Counted from the first letter of the whole stretch, positions 41,578 to 52,726 are shown. The stretch: 63,632 nt of DNA, filler included, from Stramenopiles sp. TOSAG23-3 (GCA_900128585.1; 14 parts of 14 records of this genome joined end to end with filler, not necessarily neighbours in it), one strand, 5' to 3'. The notes: a model not told the origin generated them from the sequence alone. Translations and numbers: made by a program.

Positions 41578-41844
41578 CTCGCGAGCTTTATCGACAAGAA
41601 GGGGGGGAACTACGCCGCGTTCTACCGGGAATGCCGGGAGAAGCAGGGCGAGGGAACGCCTGAGGAGAAGCACTTTCTCAAGCTGCTTCTGGCAAGCGCC
41701 GATTACCAGGACTTTTCGCGCATCATGGTCCGGGAGGCTCGCTATTATTACTCCACTGGGATCAGCCACTTTGGCTACGTCCCGCCCGAAGCGGTCGAAA
41801 TGGACGACAAGTACCAGGACCCCCGGTTCGCGAAGGGAAAGTAA
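41578..41844 (+). CDS. BART (ARL2/ARL3-binding) domain protein, C-terminal fragment (absent from the ORF track)
   Basis: Manual translation LASFIDKKGGNYAAFYRECRE...FLKLLLASADYQDFSRIM...KGK*. LL...DY..F..IM is BART-like. Confidence 0.7.
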   Translation, partial: LASFIDKKGGNYAAFYRECREKQGEGTPEEKHFLKLLLASADYQDFSRIMVREARYYYSTGISHFGYVPPEAVEMDDKYQDPRFAKGK

Positions 41845-42362
41845 ATGGGTGTGGGCGGCCGATCCCGAAGGGGAACCCCCGCCGTCGACCAAGACGCCCC
41901 GGGGCGTTTCCCTTCTATTATTAGTTCAAGTCCGGCTGCGGTTGTTCGATTAAGAACCAAACCATATGTTATGCCAGCAGCCCACGTGTCAAGAGATTCT
42001 TTTTTTCTGATGTCAAAATAATATGCCATACTTAATTGTTATTTTTATAATCATTTAAAATTCATCGTAAAAACTCCGTGCTGTACTCGGGGGTAACGTG
42101 GCAGGCACAGGTTCGTATTTCTTTTCGGTTTCGCTCACACGCGCCTCGGGCGTTCGTGCGCTGTGTATTTGTTTAGTCACAATAAAACTATTTAGTTCGT
42201 ATTTAATTTACCTGTTATGTATCATGGACAGCCTGTGCGCGCGCGGGCCCGGGGGCGCTGGTGGGGCGCTGCCACCGGTGGCGTTCCGTTCCCTCCTTCC
42301 CGTCCGCCACACACAGAGCCACTCCATGGGGGTCTGTTTGTTGTTGTTGTTGCTAATCATGT

Positions 42363-43007
42363 CTATACGTTCTCGCTAAGAAGACCGTGCATTTTCTGGA
42401 TTTTATTTGCAATGGAAAGGTCCATGAAGCGGTCGCCGATTTGAACGGTCAGCCCACCCAAAATATCAGCATTTACACGTGTTTCCAAAATCAACGTTTG
42501 TCCTTTTTCCAAGAACGACCCTAGGGACTTGTTCAAGGTCTTCAATTGGGCGTTGCTCAACGGCTCCGCGGACGTGACGACGGCCTGGACCTCGCCCCGC
42601 GAAGCTTGCATGAGCTCCGTGAACTTTTCTCCGATCTTGCCGGCCATCGATAGGCGGCCGTTCTCTGCAAGGGTACCGAAAAACGCAACCGTCGTGGGGG
42701 AGAACTTTCCTTTCGCCATGATGGCTTCAATGTCGGCCTTCTTGGCCTTTCGTGGGATGGTCGGGTTGTTGATGAAGGAGCGGAAGGCCGTGTTCTCGTT
42801 GATATGCCCGGTGAAGTTCGCGAACTCCTTTTCCACCTTGTTCAACGACTTGTTCGCGCTGGCGGCCTTGAAAAGCGCGGTGGCGTAGGTTCCCTGCACA
42901 CCGAACAACTGCTTCGGTACTTGGACCTCCGCGGCCGCGGTGAACGCCCGGACCGCCGTGGCGGCAGGGACCCGTTGACTAAAGGTACGTGATACACGAG
43001 AAAACAT
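42363..43007 (-). CDS. ATP5PO: Mitochondrial ATP synthase OSCP subunit
   Basis: Presequence-like N-terminus, G.YATALF.AA, LAENGRL, VTSAEPL, ILGGL.V.IGD...DLSI. Confidence 0.95.
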   Translation of the reverse strand: MFSRVSRTFSQRVPAATAVRAFTAAAEVQVPKQLFGVQGTYATALFKAASANKSLNKVEKEFANFTGHINENTAFRSFINNPTIPRKAKKADIEAIMAKGKFSPTTVAFFGTLAENGRLSMAGKIGEKFTELMQASRGEVQAVVTSAEPLSNAQLKTLNKSLGSFLEKGQTLILETRVNADILGGLTVQIGDRFMDLSIANKIQKMHGLLSENV

Positions 43008-44665
43008 GGTCTGTGGTGTTTGTATAGATAGATAGATAGATAGGTATTATACAAGCAATTCAAGCAAAACTAAATCGAATAACAACCGTTATCGTCCTAC
43101 CTTCCTTTCTCCAGAAGACCCAAACTATTATTTCAAAGGAAGAGAGGACAACTCATAAACATCCTCACAGGAATTATTGTATAACCATTTTCTTTCCTTT
43201 CTTCCTTTTAATTTGTTGCTTCTTCTAAAAGAATCGATCCTTCCTTCCTTCTTCTTCTTGAGATTTTAATCAGTATTGTAGAATAAGTATAAATATATTG
43301 TAGTGTAATAATATATTATATAGGATGGATACGATTAAAGTGATCAATTATGTGGAGGAGAACTGTTGAGAAGAAAGTCTAAGATTTAACATGGAAAGAG
43401 CATAGAGGGAGAAAGAAAGAAATGGCAAAAAAACTGTATTTACAGCGGAATAGAATGGAGTTGGATCGAAGAGGAAGAAGAAATATATTCTGATAGAAGA
43501 TAATATATATTAAGTACATATTCATGGTATTCTATAAATAACTATAATCGATACAATTGTACTTTTAATAGTAACTGTAATAGTCTAATAATAGAACAAA
43601 GTACAATGCATTCTAGAATGTGCCGCATCTTCAGTTTCATCCGGTGTTTCTTTAAGGCATTTCAATTTTCAGTATTTAACCATTTTAATTTAATATATCA
43701 ATACAATTACATACAACAATGCTTTTGAGAACATAATTTAAACTTTAAACTTTAAATTCCTTATTTAATTAATCCATTCAGGTTCGAATGATTCCCTTTG
43801 CTGTGTTTATATAGTTAATAATCCATACTATTCATATGTTGTAATGATTTGGGTGAATTCATATTCATCCAACCAAATGATTAGAGCGCAACACAATTTC
43901 ATAGCGGAAGGCGTATTGTTACACTTAGATAAGAATAATGAATAACAATGAACACTTCAAGTATATGTTGATAGGTATTATAGAAATGGAAATATTAGAA
44001 TACACTATTGTATATTCTTTAGTAAATTAAACAACCTATTACTTTGTCAAATACAACATAGTATACTTGTATTTAATCACATAGGCACCAACCCAACAAT
44101 TCCAACGAAATAGAGAGATCACAACGCTCAATACAAAACAAACTCTTTATTCCTTAGTATACAAATTAACTACGACAAACGATTCCTGTCCAGTCATCAG
44201 ACTTTTCCTGTTTCTTCCATAACGTTAATTATTGATTAAAGGCGATACGATTCCAACCTAATTAAATATTACGTAACATCTAAACAATTGAATCCATTAA
44301 TAGAATTATCTAAGCATTTAAATTGTTTCTAGATTCGGCGTACTTTTCTCTTTCAAGGCGGGTGGTTAACAAGGCATCTTATGAAATTGTACTTAATGCT
44401 GTATACTATTCATAGGAGATCAAGTAGAACAACGAAGAAAGATGATGAAGAAGAAAAAAAATGAAGTACATTCCATTGAATATTGCGTGAACGGAACGGT
44501 CGATTGTACGTGTCCATCGACTGATGGCACGACTGGGTGAAAAGATGATGGGGTCGTTTTAAAGTACGCTTCAACGCGAAAGAAGAGCATCAAACAACAG
44601 TGTATACATATTTATTTTTGCCTTTCGAATAACAAACACAAACACACACAAACGTTTCAGTAACC

Positions 44666-45064
44666 ATGTCCTCTGCCCTTACCTGGATGCTTGTCAAAGA
44701 CAATAGTTGCTTTTTAAAGAAACAACGTCACTCTGGTGGTGCTCTTTTTTCCACGGAGCCATTCAACGTGGACAACAGAAACTCCTACAAAAGTAGTGGA
44801 TTAGCCAACGGTAACGCGATCAGTGTATCCCTCGATGGTGGTCTTAAATCCAAAGACGGAAAAGTAAACGTTGCACTAAACTCCTTTAAATCCAAGAAAA
44901 TGAACTCCGCCATCAAGAGCGCCACCGGCACCTACCGCAGAGACTTGCAAAGCAAAGCCATGGCACGATTCAGTGCGTTGAAGAAAGCGACCCACGTCAA
45001 GAAAGGTAGCCGCGCCAAGAAGGTAAAACGCGTAAGGACTGTATCCAAGTTCTCCCGCAAGTAA
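44666..45064 (+). CDS. RPL28: 60S ribosomal protein eL28
   Basis: L.W.LV..NSCFL.K, FSTEP.N..N.NSYK.SGLAN, YRRDL...A.AR.SAL. Confidence 0.95.
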   Translation: MSSALTWMLVKDNSCFLKKQRHSGGALFSTEPFNVDNRNSYKSSGLANGNAISVSLDGGLKSKDGKVNVALNSFKSKKMNSAIKSATGTYRRDLQSKAMARFSALKKATHVKKGSRAKKVKRVRTVSKFSRK

Positions 45065-45361
45065 TTCCTGCGACCCATTGCTTACGTATATATTATAAAT
45101 AGTTAATGTTAATTGCATTTTGAATAAAAAAACGAAATGGCTTTTTTTACGCCCGGTCAAAACGGTTACGGGCCCCCGACGATGTCCCTCCTGCCATACA
45201 CACACGCACCCACGCCCAGCTATTCCACCACGACCACCGCACTCCCATTTTCACATCAACCCTTTTGAGTTCTCTTTCAAACTTTCAACGCATTACCCCC
45301 CGTCTGCTATATTTCGTCCCGTTCGTCCCCCCGAATCAGTTTGAAGCAAAAAAACAAGAAG

Positions 45362-45558
45362 AGTATACACACAGCATCTAATATACAGCACACAGCATAT
45401 CATTCGGTTGAAAGAGGGTTGAATGATACAACACATACACAGCATACAATATACACTGCACAGCACTGTATTCAGAATATAAACCGGGTTGAATGAAATA
45501 ACATACACACAGCATTGTATATCCATCGCACAGCATTCTATACAAATACGGGTCAATG
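45362..45558. repeat. Degenerate ~65-70-bp intergenic tandem repeat rich in ACAGCA
   Basis: GGGTTGAATGA at 45416 and 45486, GGGTCAATG at 45550, seven ACAGCA copies. Confidence 0.65.
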
Positions 45559-45867
45559 TACTTGTAATGGGCGTTACGTATTGTATACTTCCCAAACCTT
45601 CTATCAATCAAGGTCGCAGAACGTTCTTTCTTTCACAACAATTTATTTGTTGTTTGAAGTTTGAAAAAATTTATTATCACATCAGAAAAAGTTCAATTTA
45701 GTTTTCAAGAAGAAGTGGGTATGTAATTATGATGATTGTAGAACATTTTTACTGACGAATGTGTACGTATTTACAACGAATGGATACAACGGTTTAGATT
45801 TTGATAGTTGTGTCCTTTATTGAAGGAATTAAATTCTGAACTGGATCGAACCGAGGTCGTATACGGA

Positions 45868-47375
45868 ATGGACGCGTCCACTTGGACCACGGACGGAAGG
45901 GCGACTGGGGTGAACGAGGGGTCTGGGGCTGGGGCGACGAGTATTTCGTCCCCGACTGCATCGTCGGGTATTGAACCGGCAGGTCCGTCTCCCGAAGAGG
46001 AGTTTAGGTCCCGTGTAAATAGCTTTGTAGAGGACGTGGTAAAAGCAGGCAAAAAAAAGGAAACAAGTGTACAGCGTTACGAGTGCGACCGTTATCAGCA
46101 TTCGCGACGGGTTGGCCGAGGTGGCGAAACGGGTGGAGGACTGCACGACTATGAAGAGCAGCATTGTAAAAGAAATGAAAGCATTGGTGGATACAATAGA
46201 CGTTGGCGGGGCGAAGAAGCGGCACCGGAGCCTACACGGTTCGATAGCGAAAGTCGGAAAGTCCATAGACCGGAACTTTCCCCCCGACGAGAACCACCTC
46301 TGCTTTTCCCAAGAAGCTTCTCCCCCCCCCCGCGCGCCCGAACGACGGGGCGGTCCCCGCGGTGACCGTCGCGTTTGACACCCCAAACGCCCACTTGGAC
46401 CGTGCCGTGGCGATGCACATCGTGCGGGAGAGCGGTGGAAAGGTGGAGGGGAAAGGGTTGTCGGAGTTTGTCGCATCTGCGTGCGGGCCGGCCCAGAAGA
46501 CGTCGCCGGGGCGCAGCCGGCGAACCCCGAAGCGAGCGTGCGCCAAGGCGAAGGGCAAGCAAGGCCCCGAGGGGGGCGCGACCCCGGACAGCAACCGCTT
46601 GTTCCAAGACATGAGCAAAATATTGGACGATATGAAGCGCGGCGCGTTGGGGTCTTCCCTCGATTGGACCACTGCGAACGGGGGGTCCCTGCCGTTCCCG
46701 CAAGCCCAAGAGCTGGAGTTCAACCTACGGTCGCTCGAGTACACCCGGATGCTCAGCAAGAACCAGCTGGACGACGCCGTGAAATACTCGCAACTCCACT
46801 TTCCACGGTTCATTGATACCCACGGCGACGCGATTCAGATGCTGATGGGCTGCATCGTGTTCCCTGGTGCGTCGGGGCAGGAACGGTACGCGGCCCTCCA
46901 GTCCCCTGAAGCATGGGCGGCCGCCGCTCACGTTTTCAAAGCAGCGTACTGCGCCGTCAACAACCTGCCGCTCCAAAGCCCCCTCGCCGCAGTCGTGAAC
47001 GTCGCCGCCGTCGCGCTGCCCCAGTTCCGGCAGATGGGACACGCCCTTGCGGTGTCGGGAAAGGGGAAGCCGGTCGAACCGGGGCCCGGGGGAAGTGGCG
47101 ACCCGCCCGCCCGCCCAGAGAAATGGTGGGATTTGAAAGAACTCCCGGTCGAGATCGACGTCGGCCCTACGAACGATTCCAACTACCACTCCCTCTTCAC
47201 TTGCCCAGTTTCGAGAGAGCAGGCAACGCCGGAGAATCCACCGGTCTTGCTGACGTGCGGGCACGCAATCTGCAAGGACAGCATGCGGCGAATAGCGGGG
47301 ACACGGGTCACCTTCAAATGCCCTTACTGCCCGGTAGAAATGCACCTGTCTCATACCGTGGAAATGTTCATTTGA
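45868..47375 (+). CDS. RMND5: RMND5/GID2 CTLH-complex E3 ligase subunit with two apparent +1 frameshifts (A8 at 46051-46058, C10 at 46322-46331)
   Basis: LH.SI.K.GK.IDR, LEF.L..LEY, ELPVEI, YHS.F.CPVSRE, CGH.IC, FKCPYCP. Three overlapping ORFs join if one base is removed from each run. Confidence 0.88.
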
Positions 47376-47390
47376 AGGTAGACGGGGGAT

Positions 47391-47490
47391 NNNNNNNNNN
47401 NNNNNNNNNNNNNNNNNNNNNNNNNNNNNNNNNNTTAATTAATTAANNNNNNNNNNNNNNNNNNNNNNNNNNNNNNNNNNNNNNNNNNNN
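47391..47490. other. Artificial contig spacer
   Basis: N44-TTAATTAATTAA-N44. Confidence 0.99.
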
Positions 47491-47492
47491 CC

Positions 47493-48395
47493 CGTTTGAA
47501 GGGCATCGCCCGCGGGACATGGGACGTTGCGGAGCTCGAAACGACGAAGCGCTTGCCGCCCACCAGTGCAGAGAGGGAGGCGAACGCCCCTGACGTCGCC
47601 GCGTTTGCGATCGAGCGGACCCAGAGAACGTTGCTTGCAAAGAAGCGATTGATCGAGGGGAGCCCTGTGCAAGCGTTCGGGGAACTTGGTCGTTTGGTTT
47701 TGGACAATGCGTTGCACGTGTGCCTCACGGCGGACCGAGAATTTTTGAAGTTTGCGCACAAGAAGATGAAATTGGACGAGATGGCGGAGCGAAAGGGGGA
47801 GAACAACCCAATCCCAGTCAAGCACTGGCCGGAGAAGCTGTTTAGCGACAAGGTTGCCCGAATCTTGAACGACAAGCGCGGTGCGTTGCGCGAGGAGATC
47901 CAGCGCGTGTCGCGGGAGGCGGGCGAGAAACTGAAGCCGGGCGAGGTGAACACGGACGGAAAGATTCAGCGGCACTATTTGGACATGTTTGTGGCCATCT
48001 TTGACACTCTGGTCCCGGCCAAGGGGCAAGCGGCATTTTACCGCGCGTTTTCGAAACGGTTCGACGTTCCCTCCGCTGAAACGCAGGAAGCGAAGCAGGC
48101 ATGGTTGGGCTTGAAGAAGCGGAAAGGCGAGGCTGGGAATGCAGTGCGCAAGGCAAAGGCACGGTACCAACGGCTCAGGCAGAAGGATCGGGCCGCGCGG
48201 CGAAAGGGAAAGGGCGCGGCCGGACCCCCGGATCGTGAAGTGGTCATCGAACGGCTACGAGCTCACCTGGAGCTGCCCCTGCCGTCTAATTTTCTACGAT
48301 CTCGTAACAAATATGGCGCAGGGAGAGCAAAGATAACCCGGAGCCGCCTGGTGGACATCTTTCTGGCGCCTACAACGGTCCCGTCCAAGTTGTGA
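47493..48395 (+). CDS. Hypothetical basic helical protein, 5'-partial
   Basis: 300-codon ORF with coding-like codon usage. No family recognised. Confidence 0.65.
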   Translation, partial: RLKGIARGTWDVAELETTKRLPPTSAEREANAPDVAAFAIERTQRTLLAKKRLIEGSPVQAFGELGRLVLDNALHVCLTADREFLKFAHKKMKLDEMAERKGENNPIPVKHWPEKLFSDKVARILNDKRGALREEIQRVSREAGEKLKPGEVNTDGKIQRHYLDMFVAIFDTLVPAKGQAAFYRAFSKRFDVPSAETQEAKQAWLGLKKRKGEAGNAVRKAKARYQRLRQKDRAARRKGKGAAGPPDREVVIERLRAHLELPLPSNFLRSRNKYGAGRAKITRSRLVDIFLAPTTVPSKL

Positions 48396-48463
48396 GTGGT
48401 GTGTCGAGCATTTGGAGAAGATGCGTGTGGGTTGTTGGTCATGGAAGGAATTGGCAAACGAGA

Positions 48464-48465
<2 letters not shown>

Positions 48466-48498
<33 letters not shown>
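48466..48498. repeat. (GA)n microsatellite
   Basis: Direct inspection. Confidence 0.9.
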
Positions 48499-48500
<2 letters not shown>

Positions 48501-48685
48501 TGTGCGAATGTGAATGCGTAGTGGCAGTGTGCTGGCACACAGTGCCTTTAGTTTGTACAGAATTTCAGGGTGTAAAAAGGAAGAAGTTCAAAGATGGACC
48601 AGCAGAGCAGATTCACTTTCGTGGTGGTATACACGAAGAAGATAAAATTTTTATGTTACGTAGAAATAGGATAACATATTAAAAT

Positions 48686-48708
48686 AACAGCCAAACGTTT
48701 TGTTTTTA
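48686..48708 (-). promoter_or_regulatory. Recurrent 3'-flanking element, copy 5 (TAAAAACAAAACGTTTGGCTGTT)
   Basis: About 50 nt after the minus-strand stop at 48759, between convergent genes. Preceded by GTATTTATA. Confidence 0.5.
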
Positions 48709-48758
48709 ATTTATTATCGATATAAATACGAGAGCTGATTTCGTAAAACTTTATTATC

Positions 48759-49835
48759 TTAGTGCATTTCGACATCGTCCGGCCCGTCCCATTCCAGCAG
48801 GTAGGTCCCCCCTTTGTCTCTGATGTCCCCGGGCTTTGGAAACTTCCCGGACAAGTAATGGTTCTTCCGCCCCAGGTTGATAATCGTCTTATCGTACGCT
48901 TTGTTCGCGTCGATCGAGGCGATTCGTCCCCGGCGTATCGAATCCGACAGCTGCCACTTCGGGTCCAGGCCGCCTTTCAAATGCAACCGGTCTGGGATCT
49001 CGCTGTCCTTCAAGTAATGGCAGTTGGGCTCGAGGGGTTTCGTCGATTCCCACGACACCACAAACGTAGAGCGGTGCTGCCCGGGCCCCAACGGCCTGGC
49101 GCTCAAACCCTGAATGGCCCCGTGGTTCAAATCCCCACGGTTAATCATGTGTTTGTTCTTTTCCGGGTAAACCAGGAACGTATTCGACGGCACGCTCGGC
49201 ACTTCCACGTTCCCATTCTTCGTCACGGTCTGGTTGAAGATGACCGTCGGGGCCCCCTCGTTGCTGAGGTAAGTCACGGTGGCGAACTGGGGGAAACGCA
49301 TGATCATTTGGTCGCTTGCCATCCCTTCGTCTTTGTCGTAATGGAACCCTACGTCTTCCGTTTTGCCCCGGTGCTGAACCCAATACTTTCCCCCCACAAT
49401 CGTCCGTCGGCGCTGTCTCATCTGAAGGTCGCTCTGGTCCTCGTACGTGTTCTCGTGCAACAGTTCGAACAGCAGGTTGACCGCGTGTTCAATGGCAAAC
49501 CGTGGTTTGGGCGCCCCCGCCCCCACCGGGAGCCAAAACGTCTGCCGTTTGCTGTTCTTCAACAGCCGTGACTTCCCGACAGAGTCCAAGAGCGGCGCTT
49601 CCTTCGTCAACTGTTCCAATAGGTCTGGCGAAAACACTTCGTGGTAGGTTCGTACTAACGCGTCGACGGTTCCCCTGCTGGCCCCAGGAAGGGGTTCGCG
49701 TGGGTTGGACGGCACATCGACGGCATGAACAGAACGAACACCACCGTCAAACAACCCCATCAACAATACAACGACAACAAAAATATACACCACAGAGTAA
49801 ACTAGGCAAGAACGACAAGGACCGACCAATGTCAT
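48759..49835 (-). CDS. Signal-anchored 2OG-Fe(II) oxygenase-like protein
   Basis: N-terminal TM helix, YWVQ...FHYDKDE (HxD), TVTYL, distal HG, R.TFVVSW. Confidence 0.7.
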   Translation of the reverse strand: MTLVGPCRSCLVYSVVYIFVVVVLLMGLFDGGVRSVHAVDVPSNPREPLPGASRGTVDALVRTYHEVFSPDLLEQLTKEAPLLDSVGKSRLLKNSKRQTFWLPVGAGAPKPRFAIEHAVNLLFELLHENTYEDQSDLQMRQRRRTIVGGKYWVQHRGKTEDVGFHYDKDEGMASDQMIMRFPQFATVTYLSNEGAPTVIFNQTVTKNGNVEVPSVPSNTFLVYPEKNKHMINRGDLNHGAIQGLSARPLGPGQHRSTFVVSWESTKPLEPNCHYLKDSEIPDRLHLKGGLDPKWQLSDSIRRGRIASIDANKAYDKTIINLGRKNHYLSGKFPKPGDIRDKGGTYLLEWDGPDDVEMH

Positions 49836-50480
49836 TTTTTGATAATTATAATAATGTCCAAGAAGAAGCAAAAGATAAAGAAACGAAACGAAACGAAACG
49901 AAACAAAAATAATAGGAAAAGAAACGAAAGAGAATAAAATGAAAACACAAATGGGGAAATTCAAAGAAAAACAGGAGAACCGTTTGTTCCGTAGAAAACG
50001 AACATGCAACTTTAAAAAAAAACGACGTCGAGCAAAGCAAAGCAGCAAAACACAAAGCGCAAACGCGCCTCTTCTCCTCCGTCCAACCAAGCGCCGCCGC
50101 CGCCGCCGCCGCCGCTTTCTTCTTCTGTATATTTTGAATAATAACGAACCCCCGAACCACCTACACAAACGATATTTGCACAGGCCATCGGCCAATCTGA
50201 AACCTTTCTCCCTTGTTCGTTTTGTCACTACCGCCGAAAAAAAGAAAAAGAAAGAAAGAAAGAAACCAAACAAATATAAAAGTTGAACTTTGTTCTTCAA
50301 CCGTCATCTCCATTTAATTAATTAAAGCTCACCACTCACCGACACACGGTCGAAGAACTAGGAGACCAATACTATATATTGAACGAGAGGAGAGGGTCTC
50401 GCTGTGAACCTTCGTGCAATTGACCAATACGAACCGCTCCGCGTTGTTTTCTTTTTCGTCTTCTTCTTCTTCTTCTTACC

Positions 50481-51452
50481 ATGCTTCAAGCATCGACGAC
50501 TATGGCAAAACGAGCGGCAAGCAGCAGTGGGGGCGGGTCTATCTTAAAAGTGGCGTGCATTCAATTCACTGCAACGGAGGACAGGGAGAGAAATTTTGCG
50601 ATATGCAAACGGTTGGTAACGGAAGCTGCGACGGACGGCGGCGCGAAGTTTTGCTGCCTTCCTGAATGCTTTCACTTTATTGGAAACTCAGAGGTAAAAT
50701 CAATAGACATTGCAGAGGCTCTGGACGAGTCGAACTCTTGCCCTACGATAGAACGGTACAAAGAGTTGGCGGGGACGTTGTCGGTTGGGCTTTCTTTGGG
50801 GGGGTTTCAAGAGTCGGATACGAACAGTCCAGGGAAAGTCTTCAACACTCATTTTATCATTTCCCCAGAGGGCGAAGTTTCGTCCGTGTACAGAAAGATG
50901 CACTTGTTCGATTACGAGAGTGGTGGGTTGATGGAGTCTAGTTTCACGTCCCCCGGGAATTCGTTGGTGGTGGACACGGGCGGGAGCCCAGTGGACGGTG
51001 TGAACTTTGGCGTAACGACGTGCTACGACCTTCGGTTTCCATGCATGTACGATTCGTTGTGTGCGACGCTCGGGGCGAACGTGTTGCTGGTCCCTGCCGC
51101 CTTTACGGTCCCTACTGGTCGCGCCCATTGGGAAATATTGCTGCGCGCTCGGGCAATAGAGACCCAATCGTACGTTCTTGCGGCCGCCCAAATAGGGCAG
51201 CACAATGCGAAGCGGGCAAGTTTTGGAATGTCGATGATCATCGACCCCTGGGGCAAGGTGATCGGCCAGTGCGACGCGCTGACCACGGACGACGCCGTGG
51301 AATCGATCCGGATGGGGGTTAACGAGAACGGCACGTACGTGATGGGCGAGGTCGACCTGGGACTGATCCGTGACAGGCGGGAAAAGATGCCCTTGGCGGA
51401 GCACAGCCGGTTCACGTCGTGCGAGAGGAAAGGGGAACACGTTCTCAGATAG
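50481..51452 (+). CDS. NIT1: Nitrilase-superfamily NIT1-type (deaminated glutathione amidase)
   Basis: Catalytic triad motifs LPECF, YRKMHLFD, CYDLRFP. PAAFTVPTG.AHWE.LLRARAIETQ. Confidence 0.9.
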   Translation: MLQASTTMAKRAASSSGGGSILKVACIQFTATEDRERNFAICKRLVTEAATDGGAKFCCLPECFHFIGNSEVKSIDIAEALDESNSCPTIERYKELAGTLSVGLSLGGFQESDTNSPGKVFNTHFIISPEGEVSSVYRKMHLFDYESGGLMESSFTSPGNSLVVDTGGSPVDGVNFGVTTCYDLRFPCMYDSLCATLGANVLLVPAAFTVPTGRAHWEILLRARAIETQSYVLAAAQIGQHNAKRASFGMSMIIDPWGKVIGQCDALTTDDAVESIRMGVNENGTYVMGEVDLGLIRDRREKMPLAEHSRFTSCERKGEHVLR

Positions 51453-51622
51453 AGACAACCTGTAAAAGCGTGCTGTGAAATTAATACAGGATATCATTTT
51501 ACACGGCCGCCTGGGTGTATGATAATACGATTGCATATATACCACACAAATTTTTGATTTTGATAAACTGGAATCAATGTTTTCGCACAGAGCATGTGTG
51601 TATATATTTATTTTTATTACGG

Positions 51623-52726
51623 TCAAACGACGCCGGCCTTTCCGGAGAGGACCCCCCCACGCTTTCGAGTCATGGACGATGTCCTGGATGCATTCTTGTT
51701 GTTCTTTCGACGTTTCAGACGGCGTTGTCGCATCTTTTTCTTCTTTATCATTTCGGCAAACTTTCGGGCTTGCCGGCACTTGACCATGTTCTGTATCTTC
51801 CTGGCCGCGGCGTCCCGGCGGGCCGCTTCGATCTCCCGAAGGAGGCGCCGGCGGGCCTTCTCCCGTTCGTCCCGCCGTCGGTGCAGCTCTTTCCTTGCGT
51901 TGGCCCGTTCCTGCCGTTTGCTCCAGGTGGCCTGTATCGTCTGCGCGGCCAGGGTGTCGACCTTGTGCTGGACGCGGTTCTGAACGTGGCGGTTGGTGAG
52001 GTACCGCCGCACGCACATTTGTATGATGATGGCGGCCCGATCGTGCTTGTTCTTGAACATGAGCTGGACCCTGCGCTTGGCCTGGGTCCGACGAACGTGG
52101 TTCTGGATGACGATGGTGGCCTTCTTCTGTTCCAGGTAGATCTCCTTCCGCCTCAGCCGTGCCTCCCTTCGCTGTCGAATCTTCTCCTCCTGCTCTTGAA
52201 TGACCCGTTCGTACTGCTGCTCTTTCTCGCACGCTTTCCTCGCCTTTTCCTCCATCTCCTTGGCCTTTCGGACCTTTTTCACCTGCAAGGACCCGATCGT
52301 GGTGTCCTCGAACATTCCGGAGCTGAAGGACTTGGTGAACATGCCTTTCTTCCCGTTCTTCGGCGCCCGGTAGAAGGCCCCATCGCCGCCGCCGCCCGCG
52401 GGCCCGCTGGCGTCCCAGCTGGGCCGCCCCTTGAGGGCGGGGCTGAGGAATTGAAAGGCCTCCATGGCGTTGGTCTGGTACATGGGGTGGTTCCGCCCAG
52501 CGTGGATCCCTTTGATGTGGGCGGCGGCCCGGAACGCGCTCCCTTGCGGCTGGAAGGACCCCAGCCCCATGCTGGCCGCCTGCGCGGTGACCCGTTCCCG
52601 TTCCTGGAAAACGCGCTGTCTATCGGCGGAGCTGTAGCTCTGCAAAATGTTGCTCACCCTAGAGGTGTTTGCATGTTTCCGGTAGTTGCTCGCCGCGGCA
52701 TAGGCCAGGGGAACTTTCATTGCCAT
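51623..52726 (-). CDS. IQ-motif (calmodulin-binding) coiled-coil protein
   Basis: Four IQ-like motifs (ATIVIQNHVR, AIIIQMCVR, AQTIQATW, ARKIQNMVK). GC3-rich codon usage on this strand. Confidence 0.78.
   Translation of the reverse strand: MAMKVPLAYAAASNYRKHANTSRVSNILQSYSSADRQRVFQERERVTAQAASMGLGSFQPQGSAFRAAAHIKGIHAGRNHPMYQTNAMEAFQFLSPALKGRPSWDASGPAGGGGDGAFYRAPKNGKKGMFTKSFSSGMFEDTTIGSLQVKKVRKAKEMEEKARKACEKEQQYERVIQEQEEKIRQRREARLRRKEIYLEQKKATIVIQNHVRRTQAKRRVQLMFKNKHDRAAIIIQMCVRRYLTNRHVQNRVQHKVDTLAAQTIQATWSKRQERANARKELHRRRDEREKARRRLLREIEAARRDAAARKIQNMVKCRQARKFAEMIKKKKMRQRRLKRRKNNKNASRTSSMTRKRGGVLSGKAGVV

Noticed and set aside
41867-41915. GC-rich hairpin/palindrome (ACGCCCCGGGGCGT) 3' of the BART-like fragment
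   Set aside because: Single occurrence in GC-rich UTR-like DNA with no recognisable RNA family.
43779-43800. GGTTCGAAT B-box suggesting a tRNA
   Set aside because: No cloverleaf or A-box in the surrounding sequence.
49836-50300. N-terminal extension of the 513-aa ORF
   Set aside because: Translates simple repeats (F/R-rich). The plausible start is ATG 49835.
50314-50325. TTAATTAATTAA inside a contig
   Set aside because: Not flanked by Ns. A chance AT-rich match, not a contig junction.
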